Source: Candidatus Arcticimaribacter sp.
Lineage (GTDB): Bacteria; Bacteroidota; Bacteroidia; Flavobacteriales; Flavobacteriaceae
Assembly: GCA_039768455.1 (NCBI GenBank)
Contig: JBDNAJ010000015.1
Location: forward strand, 1 to 60,723
DNA: 60,723 bases
Reading direction: 5' to 3'
The notes under the pieces: model-generated
Databases searched by the model: none
Told to the model about the DNA's origin: nothing
Seen by the model: only the letters and a program-made list of their open reading frames with translations
Part shown: piece after piece, positions 9,511 through 20,138 of the stretch
How positions within the stretch are numbered: the stretch's first letter is position 1
Layout: each line of letters begins with the position of its first letter
Made by a program: the position numbers and the translations under genes

Positions 9511-10387
9511 GAAGGTTCTCCTCTTATTGATTTTAGGACTTTTTGTGAGCAGCATGCTTTTTGCCCAAGAGGCAGAAGCAGATAGCCTGCCCAGTTGGAA
9601 ACAAGAACGAAAACTAGGTATCTTGATCAATCAATCTAGTTTTGACAACTGGCTCGCTGGAGGGGTGAATAGCTTTAGTGGAACCCTTAATTTTGATTAT
9701 GATCTTGCGTATCAAAATGAAAAATGGAATTGGACGACGACCCTAGATGCTGCTTTAGGCTACGCTAAAAACATGGGCGATGATTATTTTAACAAGACAG
9801 AAGACCAATTAGAAATCAACACTATTTTGCTTCGCAAAAGAGAACGCGCCATAAACTTTTCTTCTTCCTTCAATCTTAAAACGCAAAATGCTCCTGGGAA
9901 TAACTTTATCGAACAAGAGGGAGATATCGAACGGGTTAAAACTTCGGGTTTTTTCTCCCCAGCTTATATGCGTTTAGGGGTGGGGATCGCATTTAAAAAA
10001 GATGATCTCATTGCACTACAATTCAACCCTTTAAATGCGCGTTTAATCGTGGTCGATCAAATGTTTACGCGCAACCTTGCAGTTGGGGAGACCTTTTTTG
10101 GGGTAGCGGCAGATAAAACGACCCGCTGGGAGGCAGGGGCTTCTTTTGCCTTGCAAAGCAAAATAACAATCGCAAAGAATGTAGTCCTGTCAAATAATTT
10201 GAGTTTGGTTGCAAACTATCTTGAAGAGTTTAAAAACATTGACCTTGATTTTACCAGTACACTTAACATGAAAGTCAATGAATATTTAAGCGCTATTTTA
10301 GAAGCACAAATATTATATGACGATAACGCCCTTGCAGATCTTCAATTTCGACAAGTTTTTGGTTTAGCGGTTTCCCTGCCATTTTAG
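9422..10387 (+). CDS. DUF3078-like outer-membrane beta-barrel protein (start uncertain)
   Basis: NQSSFDNWLAGG, FFSPAY and LYDD motifs, alternating beta-strand pattern, C-terminal Phe. Confidence 0.78.
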   Translation: MDNTIYLKGPTPLALNKLDAPHRKVLKLNKKVLLLLILGLFVSSMLFAQEAEADSLPSWKQERKLGILINQSSFDNWLAGGVNSFSGTLNFDYDLAYQNEKWNWTTTLDAALGYAKNMGDDYFNKTEDQLEINTILLRKRERAINFSSSFNLKTQNAPGNNFIEQEGDIERVKTSGFFSPAYMRLGVGIAFKKDDLIALQFNPLNARLIVVDQMFTRNLAVGETFFGVAADKTTRWEAGASFALQSKITIAKNVVLSNNLSLVANYLEEFKNIDLDFTSTLNMKVNEYLSAILEAQILYDDNALADLQFRQVFGLAVSLPF

Positions 10388-10549
10388 CTTTGTTTAAACA
10401 ATAAGGGCATTGAGATAGGATTCGGGTAGATTGCTTAAACAGGATTATCACAGCTGAATTTAGAGTTGTTATAAACTGTGAAAATCAAAGGGAATAATTT
10501 CATTCTAACAGCTTTATGCCTTAATTTTGTTTCAACTAAACTGAATTTA

Positions 10550-11212
10550 ATGAGCACACTAATCAAGACGTCACTGGCTAGAAAATTTGCCATGGCGCTT
10601 TCAGGATTGTTTTTGGTTTTCTTTTTGCTACAGCATTTTACCATCAATCTAACTTCTGTTTTCAGTGAAGAGGTCTTCAATGAACTTTCACACTTTATGG
10701 GAAACAACCCACTAGTACAATTTGCCTTACAACCCGTTTTAATTTTTGGGGTGATCTTTCACTTTGTGATGGGCTTTGTTTTAGAGATTCAAAATAGAAA
10801 AGCAAGAGCAAGTAAATACGCTACAAACAACGGCGCGGCAAATTCCTCATGGATGTCAAGAAATATGATTATTTCTGGTGCGGTTGTGTTGTCTTTTCTA
10901 GGGCTTCACTTTTACGACTTTTGGATTCCAGAGATGAATTATAAATATGTTGAGGTGCTTCCAGAAAATCCCACAAGATATTTCGAGGAATTGGTTCACA
11001 AGTTCCAAAATCCAGTACGTGTAGGATTATACGTTATTTCTTTTGGCTTTTTAGCCTTACACCTCTTACACGGGTTTAGCTCTTCGTTCCAATCTCTGGG
11101 CGCAAATAATAAATACACTCGAGCGATAAAAGGCTTTACGACTGCTTTTGCGATCGGGATTCCATTAGGGTTTGTCTTTATTGCATTGTTTCACCATTTA
11201 ACAGCATTTTAA
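10550..11212 (+). CDS. sdhC: Succinate dehydrogenase cytochrome b subunit (b558 type)
   Basis: [12 protein letters not shown], four His in transmembrane helices, first gene of sdhCAB; start ATG 10550. Confidence 0.93.
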   Translation: MSTLIKTSLARKFAMALSGLFLVFFLLQHFTINLTSVFSEEVFNELSHFMGNNPLVQFALQPVLIFGVIFHFVMGFVLEIQNRKARASKYATNNGAANSSWMSRNMIISGAVVLSFLGLHFYDFWIPEMNYKYVEVLPENPTRYFEELVHKFQNPVRVGLYVISFGFLALHLLHGFSSSFQSLGANNKYTRAIKGFTTAFAIGIPLGFVFIALFHHLTAF

Positions 11213-11213
11213 T

Positions 11214-13217
11214 ATGGCGACTTTAGATTCTAAAATACCAAAAGGGCCAATGGCCGATAAGTGGACCAATCACAAGAGCCACATCAATCTAGTGAGTCCT
11301 GCTAACAAACGTTTAATTGACGTGATTGTGGTAGGAACAGGTTTAGCTGGAGCATCTGCTTCTGCTACCCTTGCAGAGCTGGGATATAACGTAAAAACAT
11401 TTTGTTTTCAAGATTCTCCACGTCGTGCACACTCTATTGCCGCGCAAGGGGGGATCAATGCTGCAAAAAATTATCAAGGTGATGGGGATTCTACCTATCG
11501 CTTGTTTTATGATACCATTAAAGGGGGAGATTATCGTTCGCGTGAAGCTAATGTTCACCGTTTAGCAGAGGTATCGACAAATATTATTGACCAGTGTGTT
11601 GCACAAGGAGTTCCTTTTGCACGTGACTATGGAGGACTATTAGACAACCGTTCTTTTGGAGGGGTTTTAGTTTCCAGAACTTTCTATGCTAAAGGTCAAA
11701 CAGGACAGCAATTATTGCTAGGGGCTTATTCTGCCATGAACCGTCAAATAGGGCGTGGTAAAATCAAAATGTACAACCGTCATGAGATGATGGATCTTGT
11801 TGTTGTTGATGGGAAAGCACGTGGGATTATCACCCGTAACTTAGTCAATGGACAAATCGAGCGTCATGGAGCACATGCAGTTGTGATCGCTTCTGGAGGA
11901 TATGGAAATGTATTCTTCTTATCGACAAACGCCATGGGAAGTAATGTTTCTGCTGGATGGAAAATTCACAAAAAAGGAGCGCATTTTGCGAACCCTTGTT
12001 TTACACAAATACACCCAACTTGTATTCCTGTTTCTGGAGATCATCAATCAAAGCTGACCTTGATGTCAGAATCTTTGCGTAATGATGGACGAATTTGGGT
12101 ACCTAAAAACATTGAAGACGTTAAAGCCATTCGCGAAGGCAAGTTAAAACCAACTGAAATCGCTGAAGAAAATCGCGATTATTATTTAGAGCGTCGCTAT
12201 CCGGCCTTTGGTAACCTTGTGCCACGTGATGTAGCTTCTCGCGCCGCTAAAGAGCGTTGTGATGCAGGCTATGGTGTAAATAAAACAGGAGAGGCCGTTT
12301 ACCTTGATTTTGCTTCTGCTATTATGCGTTATGGAAAAGAGCAGGCACACGTAAAAGGTTTAAATGAAAATGACGCTGTATTAGTAAAGAAATTAGGGCA
12401 AGATGTTGTGCGTGCAAAATATGGAAACCTTTTCCAGATGTACGAAAAAATCGTTGATCAAGACCCTTATGAAACCCCTATGATGATTTACCCAGCGGTA
12501 CACTATACCATGGGAGGTGTATGGGTAGATTACAACTTAATGACCAGTATTCCGGGCTGTTATGCGATTGGAGAAGCGAACTTCTCTGACCACGGAGCGA
12601 ACCGTTTAGGAGCGTCTGCCTTAATGCAAGGTTTAGCAGATGGTTACTTTGTACTTCCTTATACCATTGGAGACTATTTAGCCGATGATATCCGTACGGG
12701 AGCCATCGATACCAATAGTCCAGAATTTGAGGCTGCCGAAAAAGCAGTGAAGGATCAAATCGATGCTTTTGTAAATAACAACGGTAAAAACTCGGTAGAT
12801 TCTTATCACAGAAAGCTAGGGAAAATCATGTGGAACAAATGTGGAATGTCTCGTAATGCAGAAGGTTTAAAAGAAGCTATCGCTGAAATTAAAGCCCTGC
12901 GTGAAGATTTCTATAAAAACGTTAATGTTCCCGGAGAAGCAAACGAGTTCAACGAACAGTTAGCAAAAGCAGGACGCGTGGCAGACTTCCTAGAATTAGG
13001 AGAGTTATTTGCCAAGGATGCGCTTGAGCGAACAGAATCTTGTGGAGGACACTTCCGTGAAGAGTCACAAACGCCAGAAGGGGAAGCCTTGCGTGATGAC
13101 GAAAACTTTACGTTTGTATCTGCTTGGGAATACAAAGGAGAACCTTCTGAGGCGGTTTTAGTCAAAGAAGACTTGAACTATGAAGAAATTGAAGTAAAAA
13201 CACGTTCATACAAATAG
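11214..13217 (+). CDS. sdhA: Succinate dehydrogenase/fumarate reductase flavoprotein
   Basis: [21 protein letters not shown] (covalent FAD His), HYTMGG, HGANRLG. Confidence 0.97.
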   Translation: MATLDSKIPKGPMADKWTNHKSHINLVSPANKRLIDVIVVGTGLAGASASATLAELGYNVKTFCFQDSPRRAHSIAAQGGINAAKNYQGDGDSTYRLFYDTIKGGDYRSREANVHRLAEVSTNIIDQCVAQGVPFARDYGGLLDNRSFGGVLVSRTFYAKGQTGQQLLLGAYSAMNRQIGRGKIKMYNRHEMMDLVVVDGKARGIITRNLVNGQIERHGAHAVVIASGGYGNVFFLSTNAMGSNVSAGWKIHKKGAHFANPCFTQIHPTCIPVSGDHQSKLTLMSESLRNDGRIWVPKNIEDVKAIREGKLKPTEIAEENRDYYLERRYPAFGNLVPRDVASRAAKERCDAGYGVNKTGEAVYLDFASAIMRYGKEQAHVKGLNENDAVLVKKLGQDVVRAKYGNLFQMYEKIVDQDPYETPMMIYPAVHYTMGGVWVDYNLMTSIPGCYAIGEANFSDHGANRLGASALMQGLADGYFVLPYTIGDYLADDIRTGAIDTNSPEFEAAEKAVKDQIDAFVNNNGKNSVDSYHRKLGKIMWNKCGMSRNAEGLKEAIAEIKALREDFYKNVNVPGEANEFNEQLAKAGRVADFLELGELFAKDALERTESCGGHFREESQTPEGEALRDDENFTFVSAWEYKGEPSEAVLVKEDLNYEEIEVKTRSYK

Positions 13218-13221
13218 ACCT

Positions 13222-13968
13222 ATGAATTTAACACTAAAGATTTGGCGTCAAGCAAACGCAGACGCTACCGGAAGTATAGAGACTTATCCTATTGAGAATG
13301 TATCACCAGATATGTCCTTTTTAGAAATGATGGATGTGCTCAACGAAGAATTAATTGGTAAGGGAATCGACCCAGTTGCATTTGACCACGATTGTCGCGA
13401 AGGAATTTGCGGAATGTGCTCGATGTACATTAACGGAGAAGCCCACGGTCCAGACCGTTTGGTAACAACCTGTCAATTGCACATGCGTAAATTTAAAGAT
13501 GGGGACACCATCACCATTGAACCTTTCCGTGCGAATGCTTTTCCAGTGGTAAAAGACTTAGCAGTAGATCGTTCAGCTTTTGATCGTATTCAACACGCGG
13601 GTGGTTTTGTGAGTGTAAACACTTCTGGAAATACCCAAGATGCTAACGCGATTCCAATTGATAAACACGACGCAGATAAAGCTTTTGATGCTGCAACTTG
13701 TATTGGATGTGGTGCTTGTGTAGCGAGTTGTAAAAACGCTTCTGCGATGTTATTTGTTTCGGCAAAAGTATCTCAGTATGCCCTCTTACCACAAGGGAAA
13801 GTTGAAGCGACAGACCGTGTTTTAAACATGGTAAAACAGATGGACGAAGAAGGTTTTGGAAACTGTACCAATACCGGCGCTTGCGAAGTAGAATGTCCCA
13901 AAGGAATTTCTTTAGAAAACATCGCTCGCATGAACCGCGAATATTTATCGGCTAGCTTAAATGGTTAA
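13222..13968 (+). CDS. sdhB: Succinate dehydrogenase iron-sulfur subunit
   Basis: [20 protein letters not shown] and [12 protein letters not shown] cluster motifs. Confidence 0.97.
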   Translation: MNLTLKIWRQANADATGSIETYPIENVSPDMSFLEMMDVLNEELIGKGIDPVAFDHDCREGICGMCSMYINGEAHGPDRLVTTCQLHMRKFKDGDTITIEPFRANAFPVVKDLAVDRSAFDRIQHAGGFVSVNTSGNTQDANAIPIDKHDADKAFDAATCIGCGACVASCKNASAMLFVSAKVSQYALLPQGKVEATDRVLNMVKQMDEEGFGNCTNTGACEVECPKGISLENIARMNREYLSASLNG

Positions 13969-13991
13969 GTCAATTTTAAAGTTTAGAAGAC

Positions 13992-14022
13992 AACCTGCTC
14001 ATGAGAATGAGCAGGTTTTTTT
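13992..14022 (+). terminator. Intrinsic terminator of sdhCAB
   Basis: AACCTGCTCAT-GAGA-ATGAGCAGGTT perfect stem followed by a T run. Confidence 0.88.
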
Positions 14023-14093
14023 AGTTCTTTTTAAAAGTATACAGTCTGGTATTTATCCTAGATTAAAGAAGAGAGTGTGCAGCTTTTCATTCA

Positions 14094-14744
14094 TCACAGC
14101 TGGATGCTTTTGTAATTATCTATCGCTACAACACAGCCCAATTCTAACAACTTTTCTTGCGAAAACTGGGTGCTAATTCCCACTACTTTCATCCCCGCAG
14201 CTTGGGCGGCTGTAATCCCAGATTGGGTGTCTTCGAAGGCGAGACAGTCGTTAGGGTCAATGCCTATTTTTTCTGCGGCCCGCAAAAAGATTTCGGGATG
14301 AGGTTTCCCTTGTGTCACTTGGTCCCCTCCGGTCGTACTGTGAAAATAAGTCTCGATTTTTAGTTGCTTTAGGGTCATGACAAGATTCTTTTGATCCCCC
14401 ATGGTGGCTAATCCTAAGGGAATATTTTTTGCCTTGAGTTGTTCCAAAAAAAGATGCAAGCCTGGGAGAGGGGCTAGTAAATGTCCATAAGTATCGCGGT
14501 ATAAGGCTTCTTTTTCGTTGCCTACTTGTCGCAGTTCTTCTTCGGTGCTTAAGTGCGGAAAAAAGCGCGCCATGACTTCGATCAAGGTGCCTTTGTGATA
14601 ATCACGCTCAAAGGTTTCTGCATCGATTCCCAGCTTTTTGAGCGCTATAAACTTCATCCATGCTTTATGATGGAAGTGCATATTATCGGTCAAGGTGCCG
14701 TCCATATCAAAAATGTAGGCTTTTGCTGTGGGGAGTTGTATCAT
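14094..14744 (-). CDS. HAD family phosphatase (beta-PGM/CbbY-like)
   Basis: FDMDGTL, GKPHPEIF, FEDTQSG. Start taken at MIQLP (14744). Confidence 0.9.
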   Translation of the reverse strand: MIQLPTAKAYIFDMDGTLTDNMHFHHKAWMKFIALKKLGIDAETFERDYHKGTLIEVMARFFPHLSTEEELRQVGNEKEALYRDTYGHLLAPLPGLHLFLEQLKAKNIPLGLATMGDQKNLVMTLKQLKIETYFHSTTGGDQVTQGKPHPEIFLRAAEKIGIDPNDCLAFEDTQSGITAAQAAGMKVVGISTQFSQEKLLELGCVVAIDNYKSIQL

Positions 14745-14783
14745 TGGTGTTTTTTTCACATCTTTAACAGAAGTCTTAAATAT

Positions 14784-15563
14784 ATGGAATCTCAACTTAC
14801 ACTTACTGCCCTTCAGACCAATCTTTTTTGGGAGGATAAACCAAAGAACTGGGAACAGTTAGGCCATCAAATCGATGGTCTTCCTAAAACAGATCTCATC
14901 ATTCTACCAGAAATGTTTACCACCGGGTTTAGTATGGATGCAGAGAAAAATGCAGAGTCCATGGAAGGAGAAACCGTTCAATGGATGCAGCAGTGGGCGA
15001 AGAAAAAGAGCGCTGCCATAGCAGGGAGTACAGTGATTAAAGAAAACGCTAAATGCTATAATCGCTTTTTATTTGTCTCCCCAAATGATGCGATTCAATT
15101 TTATGACAAGCGTCACACCTTTACTTTAGCAGGAGAAGACAAGGCCTATACAACTGGAGAAAACGACGGCTTAATTGACTATAAAGGTTGGAAGATATGT
15201 TTACGGGTTTGTTACGACTTGCGCTTCCCTGTTTGGGGTAGAAACACAGCAGATTATGATGTGTTGATTTATACGGCTAACTGGCCCCATAAACGCATCG
15301 CTGCATGGGATACATTATTAAAAGCCCGTTCCATTGAAAACATGAGCTACTGCGTGGGTGTCAATAGAATTGGCACAGATGGATCTGATCTATACTATCC
15401 CGGACACACAGCAGTATATGATTATATGGGCGAAAAAGTAGGTTCAACTAAAGCAGAAGTACAAGATCACACAACGGTTATAATGGATCGTGATAAGATG
15501 TTACTGGCCCGACAAAAACTCAACTTTTTAAACGATAGAGATCGCTTTACTATTCAATCGTAA
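14784..15563 (+). CDS. Nitrilase-family amidohydrolase (YafV/omega-amidase-like)
   Basis: Glu-Lys-Cys triad in LPEMF, YDKRH and VCYDLRFP; start ATG 14784. Confidence 0.9.
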   Translation: MESQLTLTALQTNLFWEDKPKNWEQLGHQIDGLPKTDLIILPEMFTTGFSMDAEKNAESMEGETVQWMQQWAKKKSAAIAGSTVIKENAKCYNRFLFVSPNDAIQFYDKRHTFTLAGEDKAYTTGENDGLIDYKGWKICLRVCYDLRFPVWGRNTADYDVLIYTANWPHKRIAAWDTLLKARSIENMSYCVGVNRIGTDGSDLYYPGHTAVYDYMGEKVGSTKAEVQDHTTVIMDRDKMLLARQKLNFLNDRDRFTIQS

Positions 15564-17163
15564 AGGTTTCGATTAAATCCCAATTTGCTCTTAGGGTAAG
15601 ATATTCAGCTAAATAAACCACCTCTTCGGGTTGTCTTTTTTCAAGGTAATTCCCCGTGTCCCAGCGTCCATTTCCATTGCGGTCTTTGATAAAACGAATC
15701 TGATATTCTTTTGGTCTTAAATACTCCAATTTATAGCTGTTGTCTTCGTTTTGATTAACACGTCTAATTAGCCTTCCTTTTTTATCAATCAATTCAAAAA
15801 AGTAAGGCATCGATTCATCCTTTCTTTCGACGGTTAAAAACAAAGTCCCATAATCTTCTACTGCTCCCGTTTTTACAGAATGAATGATAGTATCGTTTGT
15901 TGCGCCTAAAAAATCCTTGATCGCGTTCGGTAAAATTTGAATGCGATAGTTGTCCTTTTGAACTTTCTTAAAGTCAAGATAAACCTTGTCTTTATTAGGG
16001 TCAATAGAACTCGTAAAAGGAACGGCTACAGTATCAATATCAAAGATTTGAATGTATTCGTCGTTTACTTCTGTTATAGGAAGATTACTTTCAATCTTAA
16101 GGGTGTCTATAAAGTGTAAAATATTGCGGTTTTTGGGGAAAAGTTTAATCATTAAAGAATCTAAGACAGGCTTAAAAGGCTTAATCACCACTGGGCGCAT
16201 AGAATCTTTTTCTTCCAAAGCGACCACAATAGAATCCAATTCTTTTTGGGGTTGAAACCAGTAGTGTAGGGTATCCGTTTTTCTATCACGGGTAAAGAAA
16301 CCTTTGGCATATTGTTCAAATGCCTCTTCAAAAACAATTTCTTTATCAGTCACATCTCCAAAGTATCCAAACTCTAAATGATGGTCATTTACATAACGAG
16401 GTCTGCCCCATTTAAAATTGGTCACCTCTTTAAAGAGTATAGGAAATTTCAAGGAGTCTTGCGGCAATTCAATGGGTGCTTCAAAAAAGCCGATCAAATC
16501 CACAAATTGATCGAATAGATAATTTTTCCCTACATCTTTGATAGCGATAAACTCATATTTCCCGGGGGCTAGACTTTGTAAATTGAAGTAAATACTATCA
16601 AGTGTATTTCCAACATAAAGCGGCTTTTGTAAATAGATCGTTGAATCGGTATAAGTTGAATCAACCGGATATAAATGAATTGAAACCTGAGATAAAGAAT
16701 CTAACGCATAAGCATCTTTAATCGTTCCAGATAAGCTTAAAGAATCTAAATAATCCCCTGTAGAAAAGGTGTAACTAAAGAAGGGTAGGGGGTTATTTTC
16801 GTTATAATCTTCTATGGCTTCGCCAAAGTTAAACGTGTAGGTTGTATTATCCCGGGGGGCTTCTTCAAAACGAATCTCTACCTTCTTGCTCACGGTCCCT
16901 TCGGGAAGGATTTTATACGAGCTTTTTTCGATGGGAGGAGAAACAATTAATTGGTTCGCAATGTCTTTTAATTGTATGTATTCGTCAAAAACTAAGACCA
17001 CCCTTTCGGCATCAAAATTAACTTTATTAATTGAGGGGTTTGCAGAGACTAACACAGGGGGAATACTGTCTTTATCTCCGCCGCTAGGGGTTCCTCTTTT
17101 TGCGCAGTGGGTCGTTGAGACCACCCACAGTATGGCGATAATAATGCTTAGTTTTTTTCGCAT
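15550..17163 (-). CDS. Lipoprotein with Ig-like (Big_5-like) domain
   Basis: Signal peptide ending in Cys (CAKRGTPSGG.KD..PP), FDEYI motif, C-terminal DRNGNGRWDTG and LRANW. Confidence 0.8.
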   Translation of the reverse strand: MRKKLSIIIAILWVVSTTHCAKRGTPSGGDKDSIPPVLVSANPSINKVNFDAERVVLVFDEYIQLKDIANQLIVSPPIEKSSYKILPEGTVSKKVEIRFEEAPRDNTTYTFNFGEAIEDYNENNPLPFFSYTFSTGDYLDSLSLSGTIKDAYALDSLSQVSIHLYPVDSTYTDSTIYLQKPLYVGNTLDSIYFNLQSLAPGKYEFIAIKDVGKNYLFDQFVDLIGFFEAPIELPQDSLKFPILFKEVTNFKWGRPRYVNDHHLEFGYFGDVTDKEIVFEEAFEQYAKGFFTRDRKTDTLHYWFQPQKELDSIVVALEEKDSMRPVVIKPFKPVLDSLMIKLFPKNRNILHFIDTLKIESNLPITEVNDEYIQIFDIDTVAVPFTSSIDPNKDKVYLDFKKVQKDNYRIQILPNAIKDFLGATNDTIIHSVKTGAVEDYGTLFLTVERKDESMPYFFELIDKKGRLIRRVNQNEDNSYKLEYLRPKEYQIRFIKDRNGNGRWDTGNYLEKRQPEEVVYLAEYLTLRANWDLIETFTIE

Positions 17164-17189
17164 ATGCTGCAAAGTAACACATAAATCTG

Positions 17190-17882
17190 CTAATTTCTAT
17201 AGACGATGGTAGCAATACTCAAGGAAAGATGATCAATTTTAACAAGCAATTTAGAACAGGCTTTTAAGGTGGCTCCTGTGGTTAGAATATCGTCGAGTAA
17301 CAAATAGTGTCCTTTAGGGAGTTTAATCAGTGGATTGATGCGAAATGCGTCTTGAAGAATCTCTGTTCTATCACGGCTGGCTTTTGAAAGTTTTGGGGTG
17401 CGTTTAATTCTTTCAAGGAATGTTCCATAATAGGGAATTGACAAGGCATTTGCTGCACTCTGCCCAATTAAATCAACCTGGTTAAACCCCCTTTTTCTTT
17501 GTCGCTTTGGGTGCAATGGCACCCCAATAATCCCATCAAAAGTAGCGGTTAAATCACATATTAAGCTAGCTAACTTTTGACCAAAAAAAGCGCCAATCGC
17601 TTTATTCCCCCCATATTTTAATTGATACAGCAAAGATTCAATTAGTGCCGTTTCTTCAAAAATATACAACGAAAAAACCCTCTCAATTTTAAGATCATTA
17701 AAGAGATGGCGTTTTAAAGGCGAGGGGTGAATCAAATGGAAAAAGGTCAAAGGCAACTCGAGTTCACAGTGAAGGCACAAGATTTTTTGACGGGAATTAA
17801 TTTCCTTTTGACAGTTAATGCATAGGAGCGGGAAAAACAATTCAAAAACAGCCTGTAGCAGGCGAAAAAGAGGAACGAACAT
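17190..17882 (-). CDS. ComF family phosphoribosyltransferase-like protein
   Basis: CxxC...CxxC zinc ribbon, LKY, RGFNQ, LLDDILTTGAT. Confidence 0.88.
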   Translation of the reverse strand: MFVPLFRLLQAVFELFFPLLCINCQKEINSRQKILCLHCELELPLTFFHLIHPSPLKRHLFNDLKIERVFSLYIFEETALIESLLYQLKYGGNKAIGAFFGQKLASLICDLTATFDGIIGVPLHPKRQRKRGFNQVDLIGQSAANALSIPYYGTFLERIKRTPKLSKASRDRTEILQDAFRINPLIKLPKGHYLLLDDILTTGATLKACSKLLVKIDHLSLSIATIVYRN

Positions 17883-17933
17883 TTCAAGGCGATTTGGTTC
17901 CTCCAAAATACGAAAAAGGGTTATTTTTGCAGC

Positions 17934-19463
17934 ATGACAGATTTTAAGAAGATCATTTCCCACGCAAAAGAATACGGTTTTGTATTCCCTTCAAGTGAAA
18001 TTTACGACGGTTTAAGCGCTGTGTATGACTATGCACAAAATGGTGCAGCCCTCAAGAAAAATATACGTGACTACTGGTGGAAAGCCATGGTGCAACTGCA
18101 CAGTAATATTGTGGGAATCGACGCCGCAATCTTTATGCATCCCACCACCTGGAAAGCTTCTGGCCATGTCGATGCGTTCAATGATCCATTAATCGATAAT
18201 AAAGATTCTAAAAAGCGTTATCGCGCAGATGTTTTAGTAGAAGATTACTGCGCTAAAATTGAAGTAAAAATTGAGAAAGAAGTCAAAAAAGCGGTAAAGC
18301 GTTTTGGTGAAACCTTCGATAAAGCTCAGTTTATTTCAACCAACCCACGCGTAGTTGGGTATCAAGATAAAATTAATGCCATCTTAAAGCGTTTAGGGCA
18401 ATCTTTAGAAAAAGAAGATTTAGCCGATGTCAAAGCGTTGATTGAAGAATTAGAAATCGCCTGCCCAGAGTCTGGCTCTAGAAACTGGACCGACGTCAAG
18501 CAATTTAATTTGATGTTTGGCACAAAACTAGGCGCCTCTGCAGAGTCTGCCATGGATTTATATTTACGTCCAGAAACTGCTCAGGGGATTTTTGTCAACT
18601 TCCTCAATGTGCAAAAGACAGGACGTATGAAAATCCCGTTTGGAATTGCTCAAACAGGAAAAGCCTTTAGAAACGAAATCGTCGCTCGACAGTTTATTTT
18701 TCGCATGCGCGAATTTGAACAAATGGAAATGCAATTCTTTGTTCCCCCAGGGACACAAAAAGAATGGTATGAAAAGTGGAAAGAAACCCGTTTAAAATGG
18801 CACTTATCGCTAGGGATGGGCGAGGATAATTATCGCTTCCACGACCATGAAAAGTTAGCCCATTATGCCGACGCCGCTGCAGATATCGAATTCAAATTCC
18901 CTTTTGGCTTTAAAGAATTAGAAGGAATCCACTCTAGAACAGATTTTGATTTATCTAGTCACGAAGAGTTTTCTGGAAAAAAATTACAGTATTTCGATCC
19001 AGAACGCAACGAGAACTATGTTCCTTATGTGGTGGAAACTTCGATTGGACTAGACAGAATGTTCTTAGCGACTTTTTCTTGGGCGCTTCGAGAAGAAACT
19101 TTAGAAGACGGGAGTCAACGCACCGTGTTAAAACTACCAGCCGTTTTAGCCCCTACAAAAGTGGCCGTGCTTCCATTAGTAAAGAAAGACGGTTTGCCAG
19201 ATTTAGCGCACGAAATTGTCGATAGCCTTAAATGGGAACAAGCGGTTGCTTATGACGAAAAAGACGCCGTTGGACGCCGTTATCGCCGTCAAGATGCACT
19301 AGGGACGCCTTACTGTATTACGGTCGATCACCAATCTTTAGAAGACAAGACAGTGACCCTTCGCGATCGAGATAGTATGGAGCAAGAGCGTATTGCTATT
19401 GCAGATCTCTCGGCTTATTTAGATGCAAAGCTCAATGTTAAACACTGGTTGAAGAACATTTAA
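17934..19463 (+). CDS. glyQS: Glycine--tRNA ligase (homodimeric type)
   Basis: YLRPETAQG, FRNEI, FRMREFEQME, ETSIGLDR, anticodon-binding GRRYRRQD. Confidence 0.97.
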   Translation: MTDFKKIISHAKEYGFVFPSSEIYDGLSAVYDYAQNGAALKKNIRDYWWKAMVQLHSNIVGIDAAIFMHPTTWKASGHVDAFNDPLIDNKDSKKRYRADVLVEDYCAKIEVKIEKEVKKAVKRFGETFDKAQFISTNPRVVGYQDKINAILKRLGQSLEKEDLADVKALIEELEIACPESGSRNWTDVKQFNLMFGTKLGASAESAMDLYLRPETAQGIFVNFLNVQKTGRMKIPFGIAQTGKAFRNEIVARQFIFRMREFEQMEMQFFVPPGTQKEWYEKWKETRLKWHLSLGMGEDNYRFHDHEKLAHYADAAADIEFKFPFGFKELEGIHSRTDFDLSSHEEFSGKKLQYFDPERNENYVPYVVETSIGLDRMFLATFSWALREETLEDGSQRTVLKLPAVLAPTKVAVLPLVKKDGLPDLAHEIVDSLKWEQAVAYDEKDAVGRRYRRQDALGTPYCITVDHQSLEDKTVTLRDRDSMEQERIAIADLSAYLDAKLNVKHWLKNI

Positions 19464-20074
19464 AATCTTCTGCCAATAGAAAAGTTTATTCTGGGATAAG
19501 CAGTACCGTCTCGATAGGCATTACTGTCTGATTCGAATATAAAATATCGGCCAACTCCTGCGTGAATTTCAAACGAATATCGTTTTTGATTGACCCATTT
19601 GCGACCAATAACCGCCCCGCCGGCTAATCCAAAAAAATCTTTTACGTCATCGTCACTATGATTATTAGCTATGTTAAAGTTTAAGTCTTCAGAATAATAA
19701 TCATATTCTCCAGATGTTAAACTAAGGAAAGGTTGTACAAAAAAGCCTGAATTATGGGTGTTTGTTCTTTTAAAATACAACCGATAATAGGGGGAGATTT
19801 CAAAGTATTCAAAGCGGTAGGCTTCAGAAAACTCATTGTCAAAATTGATGAAAGCAGAGACCCCCCAACTCGATAAATCATCAATAAAGCGTTCATAGGA
19901 GACATCAATTCCTGGAAGTACAATCAATTGAAAGATATCTAAGCGAACCTCGTGCTTGGTGATCAAGCTGTCTTTGGTTGCTTTATTTTGAGCGCTTATG
20001 CTCCAACAAAAGAAAATGGAAAGCAGTAAAAAGGAAAAACTCCTTTTGTTGATTTGGTTGACAAAAGTGTTCAT
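19460..20074 (-). CDS. Small outer-membrane beta-barrel protein (DUF3575-like)
   Basis: Signal peptide, SYE and PYYRLYF strands, C-terminal FSIGRRF. Confidence 0.65.
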   Translation of the reverse strand: MNTFVNQINKRSFSFLLLSIFFCWSISAQNKATKDSLITKHEVRLDIFQLIVLPGIDVSYERFIDDLSSWGVSAFINFDNEFSEAYRFEYFEISPYYRLYFKRTNTHNSGFFVQPFLSLTSGEYDYYSEDLNFNIANNHSDDDVKDFFGLAGGAVIGRKWVNQKRYSFEIHAGVGRYFIFESDSNAYRDGTAYPRINFSIGRRF

Positions 20075-20138
20075 AGTTTGTAGATTAAAAGATTAGGTGC
20101 GTTATAAAGATAGAGAACAAATTGGTAATTTAGATACG

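Noticed and set aside
14553-14795. Apparent long head-to-head overlaps in the ORF track (HAD/amidohydrolase; also comF/glyQS at 17934-17963)
   Set aside because: Artefacts of longest-ORF start choice; downstream ATGs (14744, 14784, 17882) remove the overlaps.
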